A DNA stretch of 64,000 nucleotides from assembly GCA_963734535.1 (NCBI GenBank), contig CAVTHS010000002.1:229551-293550 (forward strand), read 5' to 3'. Below are positions 50,452 to 59,994 of this stretch, piece after piece. The DNA comes from an uncultured Chloroflexia bacterium (GTDB lineage: Bacteria > Chloroflexota > Limnocylindria > Limnocylindrales > CSP1-4). The notes beneath the pieces are model-generated. The model made no database searches. It saw only the letters and a program-made list of their open reading frames with translations, and was not told where the DNA came from. Numbering within the stretch: the first letter of the stretch is position 1; every line of letters starts with the position of its first letter. Both the position numbers and the translations under genes were made by a program.

Positions 50452-52458
50452 TCAGCCGGCGAGAACCCCGACGGGTGCGGAGGCCGCTGGCGTCGCGCCC
50501 ACCGGGCTCGGCCGGCCCAGCAGGTAGCCCTGTCCGAGCGTGACGCCGAGCTCGCGCAGCATCTCCAGCTCGACCCGCTGCTCGATGCCCTCCGCGATGA
50601 CCTCGCAGCCGGCCCGGCCCGCGAAGTGGCGCAGGCCGGCGATCATCGCCTGGCGGGTCACATCGCGATCGACATGCCGTACGAGGCTGATGTCGATCTT
50701 GAGGAAGCGCGGCCGCAGCTCCACGACGTGGCGCAGGCTCGCGAACCCAGCCCCGGCGTCGTCAACGGCAAGGCTGACCGTGGGGCCGAATCGCGCGGCG
50801 GCGCGGCCGACTGCCCCGTAGTTGTCGATCTCGATGTGTTCGGTGACTTCGAGCACGATCCGCCGCGAGCGACCGGCCAGGAGCCGGGCAAGCCGCCGCG
50901 AGTGGATGATCGCGTCCGGCGACGCGTTCAGGCTCAGCCAGGCGCCGGGCGCCAGGGCCTCCGAAGCGTCGAGCGCGGCCGCGATGCAGGCAACCTCGAG
51001 GTCGACGCCCAGCCCGACCGAGTGGGCGTCGGCGATCATCCGGTCGGGTGGGGTACCGTCTGCAAACCGCGTGAGCGCCTCGTACCCCACGCGCACGCCC
51101 GATCCGAGCTCGACGATCGGCTGGAAGACAGGGCTCAGGCCGTCCCGCGCCAGCGCACGTCGGACCCGTCCCCGGAGCAGCTGGTCGCGGTGACCGGACT
51201 CGAGCGCGCGGCTGAGCAGCGCGCTGGCGGTCGCCGCGAACTCGCCGACGGCCGGCAGGCGGTCCACCAGGTGTCGTGCGTAGTCCTCGTCGCACGTCCC
51301 GGCGGCGATGAGTCCGAGCAGGCCCTCCCCGTTGCGAATCGGTGCATAGGCCATCGCGCGGAGGCCCGTCTGCGCGGTGAGCTGGCCGTACAGGCCATCC
51401 TCCGGACGCGGCGCGAATCGCTCCGCCCACGATCCCTGGGCCGCGCGCTCGTACAGGTATGCCGCGCGCGCGGCCGGCAGCCGCCGGCCGATGGTCGCCG
51501 GCAGGCCGTCGGGCCCACGAAGGGCGAGCGGCGTCGCCAGCTCGGGGCCGACGAAGTTGACGATCGACGCGACGTCGATTCCGGGCAGGCCGAAGAGCTC
51601 GTCGCAGATCTCGGCCGCCGTCGCCTCTGCGGTCGCGGCGGGTTGGAGCCGGCTCAGGGCCGCCGCCACGTGGGCTCGCTCGCTGAACTCGCGGGCGAGC
51701 CCAGACTCGAGGCGGCGAATCTCGGTGACGTCGCTCAGGAAGCCGATCATCGAAGCCAGCCCGTCGACCTCGGCCCAGGAGGCTCGCACGTCGACGAGCA
51801 CCAGGCCGCCGTCCTTGCGCCGGTAGGGGACCGACCGTGCCATGGGGAGTCTGCCGTCCGCCACGGCCTCCAGCTGCTCGCGGACCATGGGCAGGTCCGC
51901 GGGAGGATGGACGTCCACGATCGTCAGCTCGAGCAGCTCGTCGTGTGCATAGCCCAGCAGGGCGCATGCGGCGGGGTTGACCCAGCGGAACCGCTCGGAC
52001 GCCCGGTCGGCCACGACGATCGCCTCGATCGTGCCGTCGAAGATGGCCGCGTAGCGGAGCTCGGACGCGACGAGAGCCCGCTGGGCCCGGTGGGTCTCGG
52101 TGACATCCGCGATCGTCCCGAACATGCGCACCGGACGCCCCGACGCGTCGAGCTCGAGGGCGCCGCGCCCGTGCACCGAGCGTTCCTCGCCGGTGTCGAC
52201 GCGAACGATCTGATACTGGCGGTCGAACGGGCGTCTGCGCCCGAGCACCTCCTCGGCGAAGTAGGCGACCATCGCCTCGCGCTCGGCCGGGTGGACGAGC
52301 GACGCCCAGCCATGCACGGACCGTTCGAACGACGCATCGATCCCGTAGATCGCGTCGAGGCCCTTCGAGCTCACCCAGACTCCCGACGGGATGTCGAGGG
52401 AGTAGGAGCCGATCCGCGCGACCGCCTCGACCTCGTCGAGCAGGCCGCGGTCAGGCAC
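50452..52458 (-). CDS. PAS-PAS-GAF-EAL c-di-GMP phosphodiesterase
   Basis: VHPAER and VHPPAD PAS motifs; FQPIV, YEALTRF, LEVTEH, VDDAGAGFASL, LKID, IAEGIE, GQGY; start uncertain. Confidence 0.87.
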   Translation of the reverse strand: MPDRGLLDEVEAVARIGSYSLDIPSGVWVSSKGLDAIYGIDASFERSVHGWASLVHPAEREAMVAYFAEEVLGRRRPFDRQYQIVRVDTGEERSVHGRGALELDASGRPVRMFGTIADVTETHRAQRALVASELRYAAIFDGTIEAIVVADRASERFRWVNPAACALLGYAHDELLELTIVDVHPPADLPMVREQLEAVADGRLPMARSVPYRRKDGGLVLVDVRASWAEVDGLASMIGFLSDVTEIRRLESGLAREFSERAHVAAALSRLQPAATAEATAAEICDELFGLPGIDVASIVNFVGPELATPLALRGPDGLPATIGRRLPAARAAYLYERAAQGSWAERFAPRPEDGLYGQLTAQTGLRAMAYAPIRNGEGLLGLIAAGTCDEDYARHLVDRLPAVGEFAATASALLSRALESGHRDQLLRGRVRRALARDGLSPVFQPIVELGSGVRVGYEALTRFADGTPPDRMIADAHSVGLGVDLEVACIAAALDASEALAPGAWLSLNASPDAIIHSRRLARLLAGRSRRIVLEVTEHIEIDNYGAVGRAAARFGPTVSLAVDDAGAGFASLRHVVELRPRFLKIDISLVRHVDRDVTRQAMIAGLRHFAGRAGCEVIAEGIEQRVELEMLRELGVTLGQGYLLGRPSPVGATPAASAPVGVLAG

Positions 52459-52711
52459 GGCGGCAGCCGGGCGCGTTGACGCGACGGCTGGGAACTTCGT
52501 GGAGTGCCCGGGACGGGGCTCGGTGGTCAGGTTGAGACCTCTGCGCTGTCTGGGGGACGATCCTTCATCGACGGGGCGACCCGGTTCCGCAGCGAACCAT
52601 AGGCTCGCGACGGGGCAGATCCGGCTGGGTCGTCGGTACTCTGATCGGCGCCGGAAGTCCGGCCAGCGTCACCCGGTGTCCGGCATCCGGTCCGCACGCG
52701 AGGCCCGTCGA

Positions 52712-53080
52712 TCAGGCCGTCGTCTCGTCGTCGTCGGCCGCCCCGGCCTCGACGTCGCCGTCCTGGGCCGCCTTCTCCGTCCTGCTCAGGTGGCTCGCCT
52801 CGATGAGCGTGGCCCGGCCATCGCGGTCCTTCCAGCGCGTCTGGACCTGCACCTCCTCGCGCTCACCGATCAGCCGCAGGACCACGGTGTAGCCGGAACC
52901 TCCTGCGCGCTCGATCCGTTCGACCGTCGCGCTGTCCGAGGGCAGCGGCAGGAGGGCGAGCACCTCGCCGAGGTTGTGGCGCAGCTCCGGGCTGAAGTCC
53001 TCGATCACCCGGTCGATGTCGCCGGCGACGGCCGCGGCACAGAGTGCCTCGGCGCGCTCGCGAACGTCCTGTTCGTCCAT
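52712..53080 (-). CDS. Hypothetical protein
   Basis: Protein-like composition; GAGGG upstream of ATG. Confidence 0.65.
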   Translation of the reverse strand: MDEQDVRERAEALCAAAVAGDIDRVIEDFSPELRHNLGEVLALLPLPSDSATVERIERAGGSGYTVVLRLIGEREEVQVQTRWKDRDGRATLIEASHLSRTEKAAQDGDVEAGAADDDETTA

Positions 53081-53196
53081 CGGACTGCCCTCGAACGTGA
53101 GCGGGTGACGGCCACGTGCCGCTCCACGGAGCCCCACTCTACGTCAGGCGGCGCGGGACGGCCCCTGGTCGTGTCGATGGTCCGTGGTCGTGCGCC

Positions 53197-54714
53197 TCAC
53201 GGGCTCCAGAACGCGACCTCGCCAGCCGCGAGCGACCGGCTGTCCGTCCCGTCCGCCGGGACAACCACGATCTTCGTGCGCCCCGTCCCGTCGACGAGGG
53301 GAAGGACGATCGATGCGCTATCGGGCGACCAGAACCGGTGGCTCAGGGCGAACTGGTCGAAGTACGGCAGGACCTGGCCCACCAGGGTGGCTGCGGGCTG
53401 CACCGCGCGCTCGGATCGGACCTCGCCGGTCCCGACGTCGATGAACGCGAGCCGAACCTCGGCCCCCGGCGACGGCGTCGCGGCTGCGACCGGGCGGATC
53501 CCCTCGGCAGCCGTGAGGGCGGGGATCACCCCGGCGGTCTGGTCCCTGGGACGTGCCAGCCGGAGCGCCGCGATCGTGCGCCCGTCGGGGGACCAGAAGA
53601 ACGCGACCACGAAGCCCTCGACGAGCGTCCGGGCGAGTCCGGAGCGCGCGTCGATCAGCCGAAGTGGGCCCATCGGGAACCCGGACGATGCCGCGCCGGG
53701 CGTCGCCGCGCCGATCGTGGCGAGCGTGTCGCTGGCTGGGTCGAAGACGAACGCGGCCGGGCCGAAGACCTGCGTTCCGTGCTGGCCTGCGCCGTCACGG
53801 GCCGCCACCACGATCTCGCCCGTCGACGGCGTGGTCGACCGCACGTATGCCATGTACCGGCCGTCGTGGCTCGCGCTCGCGGCGCGGAAGTCGCCCGTCC
53901 CGGCCACGGCCGGCGCGACCGGGGAGCCGTCCAGGCCGACCTCGCCAACGAACGCGCTCGGTCCGATCCCGACGTGGAGAAGCAGCCGATCCGCGCCCTC
54001 CCAATCGAAGTAGAGCGGCGCGCCCCGGCGGATGACGGCGCCCGGCGCGCTCCCGTCGATGGGCGCCGAGCCGTCGGCCGGCGCGAGCCGCAGTGAGAGT
54101 GCGGCCGGCTCCGTCACGAGGAAGGCGACCTGCCGGCTGTCCGGGGTCCAGTAGAGGTAGAACGGAGGGCGGTTCGGGCTCCGGTAGATGACGACCGGCC
54201 GGGCGCCGTCGCCGGGGTCCCCGCGCCGTATCGTGAAGACGTAGATCGACGTGTTCACCGCGGTGGTGCCGACCGCGGCAATGTGCGAGCCGTCGGGCGA
54301 CCAGGTCGGGAACCCGAAGGCGACACCGGGCACGGCGTAGGAGACGACCGAACCGCCGCGCTCGTCCATCGTGGTGAGGGCGCCGTTCGCGTCCACGACC
54401 GCGATCAGCCCGTCCGTGACCGTCCGCAGCGGGGCCGCGGCCGAGGTGCCGGGAAGCGGCGGCGCGACGTCCCGTGCTCCGGACGCCGCGGCCGAAGCCC
54501 CGGGCGGCCCTGGCGCGTCTCCCCGCGAACCTGACGAGCCGGTCACGAATCCGGTCGCCGCGACGATCGCGATGGCCGCGAGGACACCGACCAGCGCGAG
54601 CGGGCGGACGATCCGGGGCCCGCCTGGAGCGCGATCGCCCGCATCCTCGGGCACACGGGCGACCGGCGTCTCGGGCACCGGCTCCAGCTGGCTGTCGGCT
54701 CGGGGCTCAGGCAT
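53197..54714 (-). CDS. Membrane-anchored TolB-like beta-propeller protein
   Basis: Repeated WSPDG/WTPDS/WSP motifs; one N-terminal TM. Confidence 0.78.
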   Translation of the reverse strand: MPEPRADSQLEPVPETPVARVPEDAGDRAPGGPRIVRPLALVGVLAAIAIVAATGFVTGSSGSRGDAPGPPGASAAASGARDVAPPLPGTSAAAPLRTVTDGLIAVVDANGALTTMDERGGSVVSYAVPGVAFGFPTWSPDGSHIAAVGTTAVNTSIYVFTIRRGDPGDGARPVVIYRSPNRPPFYLYWTPDSRQVAFLVTEPAALSLRLAPADGSAPIDGSAPGAVIRRGAPLYFDWEGADRLLLHVGIGPSAFVGEVGLDGSPVAPAVAGTGDFRAASASHDGRYMAYVRSTTPSTGEIVVAARDGAGQHGTQVFGPAAFVFDPASDTLATIGAATPGAASSGFPMGPLRLIDARSGLARTLVEGFVVAFFWSPDGRTIAALRLARPRDQTAGVIPALTAAEGIRPVAAATPSPGAEVRLAFIDVGTGEVRSERAVQPAATLVGQVLPYFDQFALSHRFWSPDSASIVLPLVDGTGRTKIVVVPADGTDSRSLAAGEVAFWSP

Positions 54715-54867
54715 CGCACGAACGATACGCAACCGCTCGCCCTGCGGATCTCGCGGGCGGGGCCTGACGCGTTGTCTCGTGAAGCGGGACACGAACAAGG
54801 AGATCGCGGGCCTGCGCCCGCGATCTCCGGTGGATGTGGAGGTCCTCGGCGAGCGAGGCCGCCGCTG

Positions 54868-55495
54868 TCAGTGGTCGCTGCCGCCGCCACTGCCACCACC
54901 TGTGCCGCCCTTGTCGTCGAGGCTCGCGGCCGCCGCGGGGGTGGCCGTGCCGGCCGCGTCGTTGCCCTTGTCGTCTGGGCTCGCGGCCGGCTGGGCCGTC
55001 GCGGCCGCCGCGGGGGTGGCAGTGCCGGCCGCGTCGTTGCCCTTGTCGTCTGGGCTCGCGGTCGGGGAAACCGTTGCCTTCGCGGTGGGCGTCGCGGTTG
55101 CCGCGTCGTCGGTGCCCTTGCCGCCCTTGTCATCGGTGCTCGCGGCAGGCGAGCTCGTGGCCTTCGGGGAGGCGCCGTCATCGGAGCCCATTGCGCGGTC
55201 GTCGGGGCTCGCGGTCGGGGAGGCCGAGTCATCGGTGCCGTTGCCGCCGCGGTCGTCGCCGGGCTCGAGCGTGGGCGCGGCGCTCGCGGCGAGCTGCGTG
55301 GTCGTCGCCGGGCTCGAGCGTGGGCGCGGCGCTCGCGGCGAGGCGGTCGTCGGTCACGCTCGCCGACGGGCTGGCGGCCACCAGGCTGGGGTGGTCCTCG
55401 CGGGTCTGCTGCTCGCGGGCGAGGGCCACGCCGCCGAAGAGGAGGAGTCCGGAGGCCACCACCATCAGGGTCGTGGTCAGATTGCGTCGCGTCAT
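54868..55495 (-). CDS. Secreted low-complexity Asp-Asp repeat protein (frameshift near 55298)
   Basis: Signal peptide MTRRNLTTTLMVVASGLLLFGGVALA; repeats LAASAAPTLEPGDD and ASPDDKGNDAAGTATPAAAA; ends DDKGGTGGGSGGGSDH. Confidence 0.7.
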
Positions 55496-55715
55496 CCTGG
55501 GAGCCTCGTTTTCTGCTGTCTGGCTTCGCTGCCGGGCCTGTCGTGCCGGGCGTTCGCTGACCAGAACGATGGGGTCCGGCGCTGCCGGGCACCACGGGCG
55601 CAGGGCTCCGACGCGACCCGGACCTTGGTCTGAGGTCGTTTCGGGCCCGGGGACCGATCCCGGGCCGCGCAGGCCGCTCCTACAATGGCGGCCCGCACCG
55701 CACTGGGAGGAGAGC

Positions 55716-57200
55716 GTGCTCCGACGGCCGATCGTCGGGCTCATGGCATGGACGCGACGCCTCCGGAGGCGGCTGGCCGTCCGTCCGTCGGCGTGGCGCC
55801 GAACGCGCTTCGACCTGGCAGGGATGCCCCTCGCCCGACGGTACCTGCTCCTCAGCCTCGTCTTCGTCGTGGTTGGGGGCGGAATGGTCGCCTTCGTGCT
55901 GGGCCAGCTGATCGAGACGAGCGCCATCAACCGGATCACGTCCGAGACCGCCCTGTACGTGGAGAGCTTCGTGGTGCCGGACCTGCAGTCGCTGGCGGCC
56001 AGTGCGACCCTGCGCCCTACCGAGATCGACTCCCTCCGGCGCCTGCTGACCGACTCGCCCTTGAACCAGAAGATCGTCTCATTCCGGATCTGGTCGACTG
56101 ACGGCCGGATCGTCTACAGCCCGTTGCCGGAGCTCATCGGGCGCCAGTTCGACATGTCGGGGGAGCGCGGCCAGGCAGCACGTGGCGCGGTCATCGGGAG
56201 CATCAGCGACCTGTCCGACGCCGAGAACATCTACGAGCGGCAGCGCTGGAGCCGCCTCATCGAGATCTACCTGCCTGTCCGCGCGACCGGCTCGTCGGAC
56301 ATCATCGCGGTCGCTGAGTTCTACCAGCTCCCGGACGAGCTGGAAGCCGAGGTGAACAGGGACCGCCTGATCGCCTGGGGGCTGGTGGCGGGAGCGACGG
56401 TCCTCGCCTACCTCGCGCTCGCCCGGGTGGTTCGCCAGGGCAGCGAGACGATCCTTCGCCAGGAGGGCGAGCTCCGCGAGCGAGTGCGCGAGCTCTCGTC
56501 GCTGCTCGACCAGAACGCGCGGCTGAGCGACCGGATCCGCCACGCGGCAGCGCGGACCACCGCCCTGACCGAGCAGGAGCGCCGCCGGATCGGCTCCGAC
56601 CTCCACGATGGTCCGACCCAGACCCTCGCCTTCGCGATGCTCCGGCTGGACGCGGTGGGAGGACGTCTGGAGGCGGCGGGCCAGGCGGGCGACCCCGACC
56701 TGCGCTCGGTTCGCAGCGCGCTCCAGGAGGCGATGGCCGACATGCGCCTGATCGCCGCCGGGCTCGACACGCCCTTGCTGGAGCGGACCGCACCGGCCGA
56801 GATCGTGCAGCGAGCCGTGGCCGACCATGAGCGCCGGGCCGGCATTCGGGCCGCCGTGGACGTCACCGGCATCCCGCCGCGTGCAACGCTCGCGACGAAG
56901 ATCGCGCTGTACCGCATCCTGTCCGAGGCGCTGTCGAATGCCGCCCGGCACGGTGGCGGCGCGGACGTCGAGGTCAGCGTGAAGAACGCCGACGCTGGAT
57001 ACCTCGTCGTCGAGGTGAGCGACGCGGGTCCCGGCTTCGACGCGAGCAGGAAGCCGGGCCGCGGCCATCTCGGGCTGGCGGGCATGCGCGAGCGCGCGGA
57101 GCTGCTCGGCGGCCGGTTCGAGCTGGAATCCAGCCCGGGTGGGGGCACGCGGGTGCGAGCATTCCTCCCGCTCGAGGGACCACAGGACGACGAGACATGA
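55716..57200 (+). CDS. Sensor histidine kinase (HisKA_3 type)
   Basis: Two TMs; ERRRIGSDLHDGPTQ, EALSNAARH, DAGPGF, GLAGMRERA; start could be 55743. Confidence 0.9.
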   Translation: MLRRPIVGLMAWTRRLRRRLAVRPSAWRRTRFDLAGMPLARRYLLLSLVFVVVGGGMVAFVLGQLIETSAINRITSETALYVESFVVPDLQSLAASATLRPTEIDSLRRLLTDSPLNQKIVSFRIWSTDGRIVYSPLPELIGRQFDMSGERGQAARGAVIGSISDLSDAENIYERQRWSRLIEIYLPVRATGSSDIIAVAEFYQLPDELEAEVNRDRLIAWGLVAGATVLAYLALARVVRQGSETILRQEGELRERVRELSSLLDQNARLSDRIRHAAARTTALTEQERRRIGSDLHDGPTQTLAFAMLRLDAVGGRLEAAGQAGDPDLRSVRSALQEAMADMRLIAAGLDTPLLERTAPAEIVQRAVADHERRAGIRAAVDVTGIPPRATLATKIALYRILSEALSNAARHGGGADVEVSVKNADAGYLVVEVSDAGPGFDASRKPGRGHLGLAGMRERAELLGGRFELESSPGGGTRVRAFLPLEGPQDDET

Positions 57201-57856
57201 CGGAGCCGATCCGGATCCTCGTGGCGGACGACCACCCGCTCTTCCTCGAAGGACTCGTGGCGACCCTGTCCGGCGACGAGGAGATGCAGGTGGTGGCCAC
57301 CGCCGTCGATGCGTCGGGCGCCGTCCATGCTGCCGGCGAGCATCGGCCCGACCTCGCCCTCCTGGACGTGGCCATGCCCGGCGGGGGGCTCGAGGCCGCT
57401 CGGCTGATCGGCACCGCCAGCCCGGCGACCCGCGTCGTCATGCTCACGAGCTCCGAGAACGAGGACAACCTGGTGGCCGCGATGAACGCGGGCGCGAAGG
57501 GCTACGTCCTCAAGGGAATCGCCGGCCGCGAGCTGCGGGCCATCCTCAAGTCAGTGCACGGCGGCGATGTCTACGTGGCGCCGGGGCTCGCCTACGGGAT
57601 GATCCAGGGCCTCACCAGGCCACGTGCCCGCGATCCGCTCCAGGAGCTGACGAAGCGCGAGCGCGAGGTCCTCGAGCTCGTCGGAGCCGGCCTCTCCAAC
57701 GCCGAGATCGGCGGTCGTCTCGGCCTCGCCGAGAAGACGGTGAAGCACTACATGACCGCCATCCTCGGCAAGCTCGAGGTGGGCAGTCGCGTGGAGGCGG
57801 CACTGCTCGCCTACAAGGCCGGGATGGGCGAGGGCGCGGACCCGAAGCGGACCTGA
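57197..57856 (+). CDS. NarL/LuxR-family response regulator
   Basis: VADDH, LLDVAMP, LTKREREVL...SNAEI...EKTVKHY. Confidence 0.93.
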   Translation: MTEPIRILVADDHPLFLEGLVATLSGDEEMQVVATAVDASGAVHAAGEHRPDLALLDVAMPGGGLEAARLIGTASPATRVVMLTSSENEDNLVAAMNAGAKGYVLKGIAGRELRAILKSVHGGDVYVAPGLAYGMIQGLTRPRARDPLQELTKREREVLELVGAGLSNAEIGGRLGLAEKTVKHYMTAILGKLEVGSRVEAALLAYKAGMGEGADPKRT

Positions 57857-57893
57857 GGCCCGCCCGGCGGATCTCGCGCGGCGGGGCCCGGGC

Positions 57894-58754
57894 TCAGGCC
57901 GGGATGGGCGGGTCGGATGTCACGTCGGTCAGCTCGACCTCGATATACGGGAGCGTGGTGCCGTCCGGCAGCGTCCAGACGGCGGCACCACGGACGGGCA
58001 GTCGCAGGTCCTCGAACTCGCCGTATGCGTACGTCGGCGCGGACCACGGGCGCAGCTCGAAGCCCTTTCCGACCATCGCGTGTCGCTCGGAGCGGAACTC
58101 GACCAGGCGGCCATCCGGATCGATCTCCATGACGCCGGTGGCCCGCAGGTCGCCGTCGACGATCGAGACACGCACGGAGGTGTCGTCGATCGCCTCCCAG
58201 GAGACCCGGTCGCGCAGGAAGGCACTGGGGAACCACGGCATCTCGCTGAGATGGCGCAGGAGGGATGCCTGGTCCATCTCGGGCCCGCTGGCATTGACGA
58301 ACGGGACCATCGAACCGCCCTTGATCGTCATCATGCCCCGGCCGTCGACGTAGCCATCGCGACCCCGGACCAACGGGATGCCGGCGAGGGGGACGGTGGC
58401 ATCCCAGATGAACCCGGGAGGCTCGACCGAGTACCACTGCTCGGCGACGATCGGGAACGACGCCCCGTTCGGGCCCGTTCGCATCCGGCAGGACTGGCGG
58501 ACGCGGACCGTGTCGACCAGCCGGCGTCCGACAACCCCGGCGTATCGAAGGTATCGCTGGGCGGGCTCGGGAAGGCCGGCCAGCATCGCCTCGGTCACGA
58601 CCGGCTCGTGGGGCGGCCGGGATCGATCCAGGAGTCGGCGGCGATCGATGGCGACGATCCGATCGAAACGCCGGCCTGCCGCCACGAGCAGCGCGACGAG
58701 GCCCCCGGCGATGACCGCGGCCCCAAGGACGAGGCGAGTGAGTGCGCGAAGCAT
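57894..58754 (-). CDS. Conserved membrane-anchored protein (DUF6544-like)
   Basis: LPEPAQRYLRYAG, PPGFIWDA, GPEMDQASLLRHLSEMPWFP; GGAGG RBS. Confidence 0.75.
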   Translation of the reverse strand: MLRALTRLVLGAAVIAGGLVALLVAAGRRFDRIVAIDRRRLLDRSRPPHEPVVTEAMLAGLPEPAQRYLRYAGVVGRRLVDTVRVRQSCRMRTGPNGASFPIVAEQWYSVEPPGFIWDATVPLAGIPLVRGRDGYVDGRGMMTIKGGSMVPFVNASGPEMDQASLLRHLSEMPWFPSAFLRDRVSWEAIDDTSVRVSIVDGDLRATGVMEIDPDGRLVEFRSERHAMVGKGFELRPWSAPTYAYGEFEDLRLPVRGAAVWTLPDGTTLPYIEVELTDVTSDPPIPA

Positions 58755-58901
58755 GGATGGCACCTCCATGCCCGATGGTCCGCCGCGCTCGCGTCGTGCG
58801 TCAGGGCCGGACGTCGCGGCCGTGCGGGATGGAGGTCCCGAGCTCCGGCCCCGGGCGCCGGGTGGTCGCACCCGCGGGGCCGTCCCGCCGCGCGAACAGG
58901 G

Positions 58902-59084
58902 TCAGGCGCGCCTCGCGTCGCCAGGGTGCTCCAGGTGCCAGGTGCAGTCGCTGCACAGCGCGAGCGGCCCATCGAGCGTGCGCATCTGTCGGTGCCCGTC
59001 ACGCGGGTCGAACGGCCGCAGGCACTCCGAGCAGCGGACGGGGACGCTGGATCCGGACGCTGCCAGCGGGCGGTCGGTCAACAT
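58902..59084 (-). CDS. 60-aa putative zinc-ribbon microprotein
   Basis: CSEC...CSDC; GAGG 7 nt before ATG. Confidence 0.5.
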   Translation of the reverse strand: MLTDRPLAASGSSVPVRCSECLRPFDPRDGHRQMRTLDGPLALCSDCTWHLEHPGDARRA

Positions 59085-59303
59085 CGTGAATGCCTCGAGA
59101 CGGTGTGCGGAGGCCGCGCTGGCGGGCCGCCAGGAGTTGGGCACGGCAGACTCCCGCTCGACGCGGGGATGGCCGGATTGTCCCGCCTGGGTGCCGTCCC
59201 GGCATGACGGCCCGTCATGTGCGCGTGCGTGCCTCGCGGTTTCCGCACCGTCCGTCGACGGGCACGCCGGGGCGGCCCGTCCCGAGATGCGAGGGGGCGG
59301 CTG

Positions 59304-59994
59304 CTAGCCCCCGTGCGTCGGCGCCGAAGGCGCGACGGCCCACGCGGGCGACCACTGCTCGCGCCGGATACGGTCCACCTCGTCGGGCGCGATCTCGGGC
59401 ACCGGCCCGAACGCGAGGGCGCGAAGATACGCGTCAGCGACGCCTTCGACCACGGACGCCGCGTTGTACGCATGGTCGACGGTCGGGCCGATCGCGAGCA
59501 CGCCGTGGTTTCGCAGGAGGCAGGCGCTCCGGTCATGCAGCGAACCGGCCGTGAGCGCGGCGACCTCGGCCGTCCCGCCGCGCGCGTACGGCGCGGTCAC
59601 GATGCCTCCGCCGCAGGCGGCGACCAGGCCGTGCAGGATCGGCGGGATCGCGATGCCCATCGCCGCAGCCGCCATCGCGGCCGCGCTGTGCGTGTGGACG
59701 ATCCCCCCGACGTCCGGGCGGCGCCCGTAGGTGAGCGTGTGGAGCGGCAGCTCGGACGTGGGCTTCAGCGCGCCGTCGACGATGCGCCCATCCAGCCGCA
59801 CGATCACCACGTCGGACGGGCTGCATCGTGTCGTATGGGGTGCTCGCGGGCGTCATCGCCACCAGCCCCGGGTCGTCGGCGATCCGCATGCTGATGTTGC
59901 CCGCGGTGAAGAAGACGAGCCGCTCGGCAAGGAGGCGCTGCGCGAAGAGGTGGACGCGCTCGCGCGCCTCGCTCCAGGTGGACGGCACGGTCAC
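59304..59994 (-). CDS. Class II aldolase/adducin family protein (frameshift near 59818)
   Basis: TAGNISMR...MTPAS then KPTSELPLH, VHTHS, LLRNHGV; GTGA coupling to mtnA. Confidence 0.82.
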
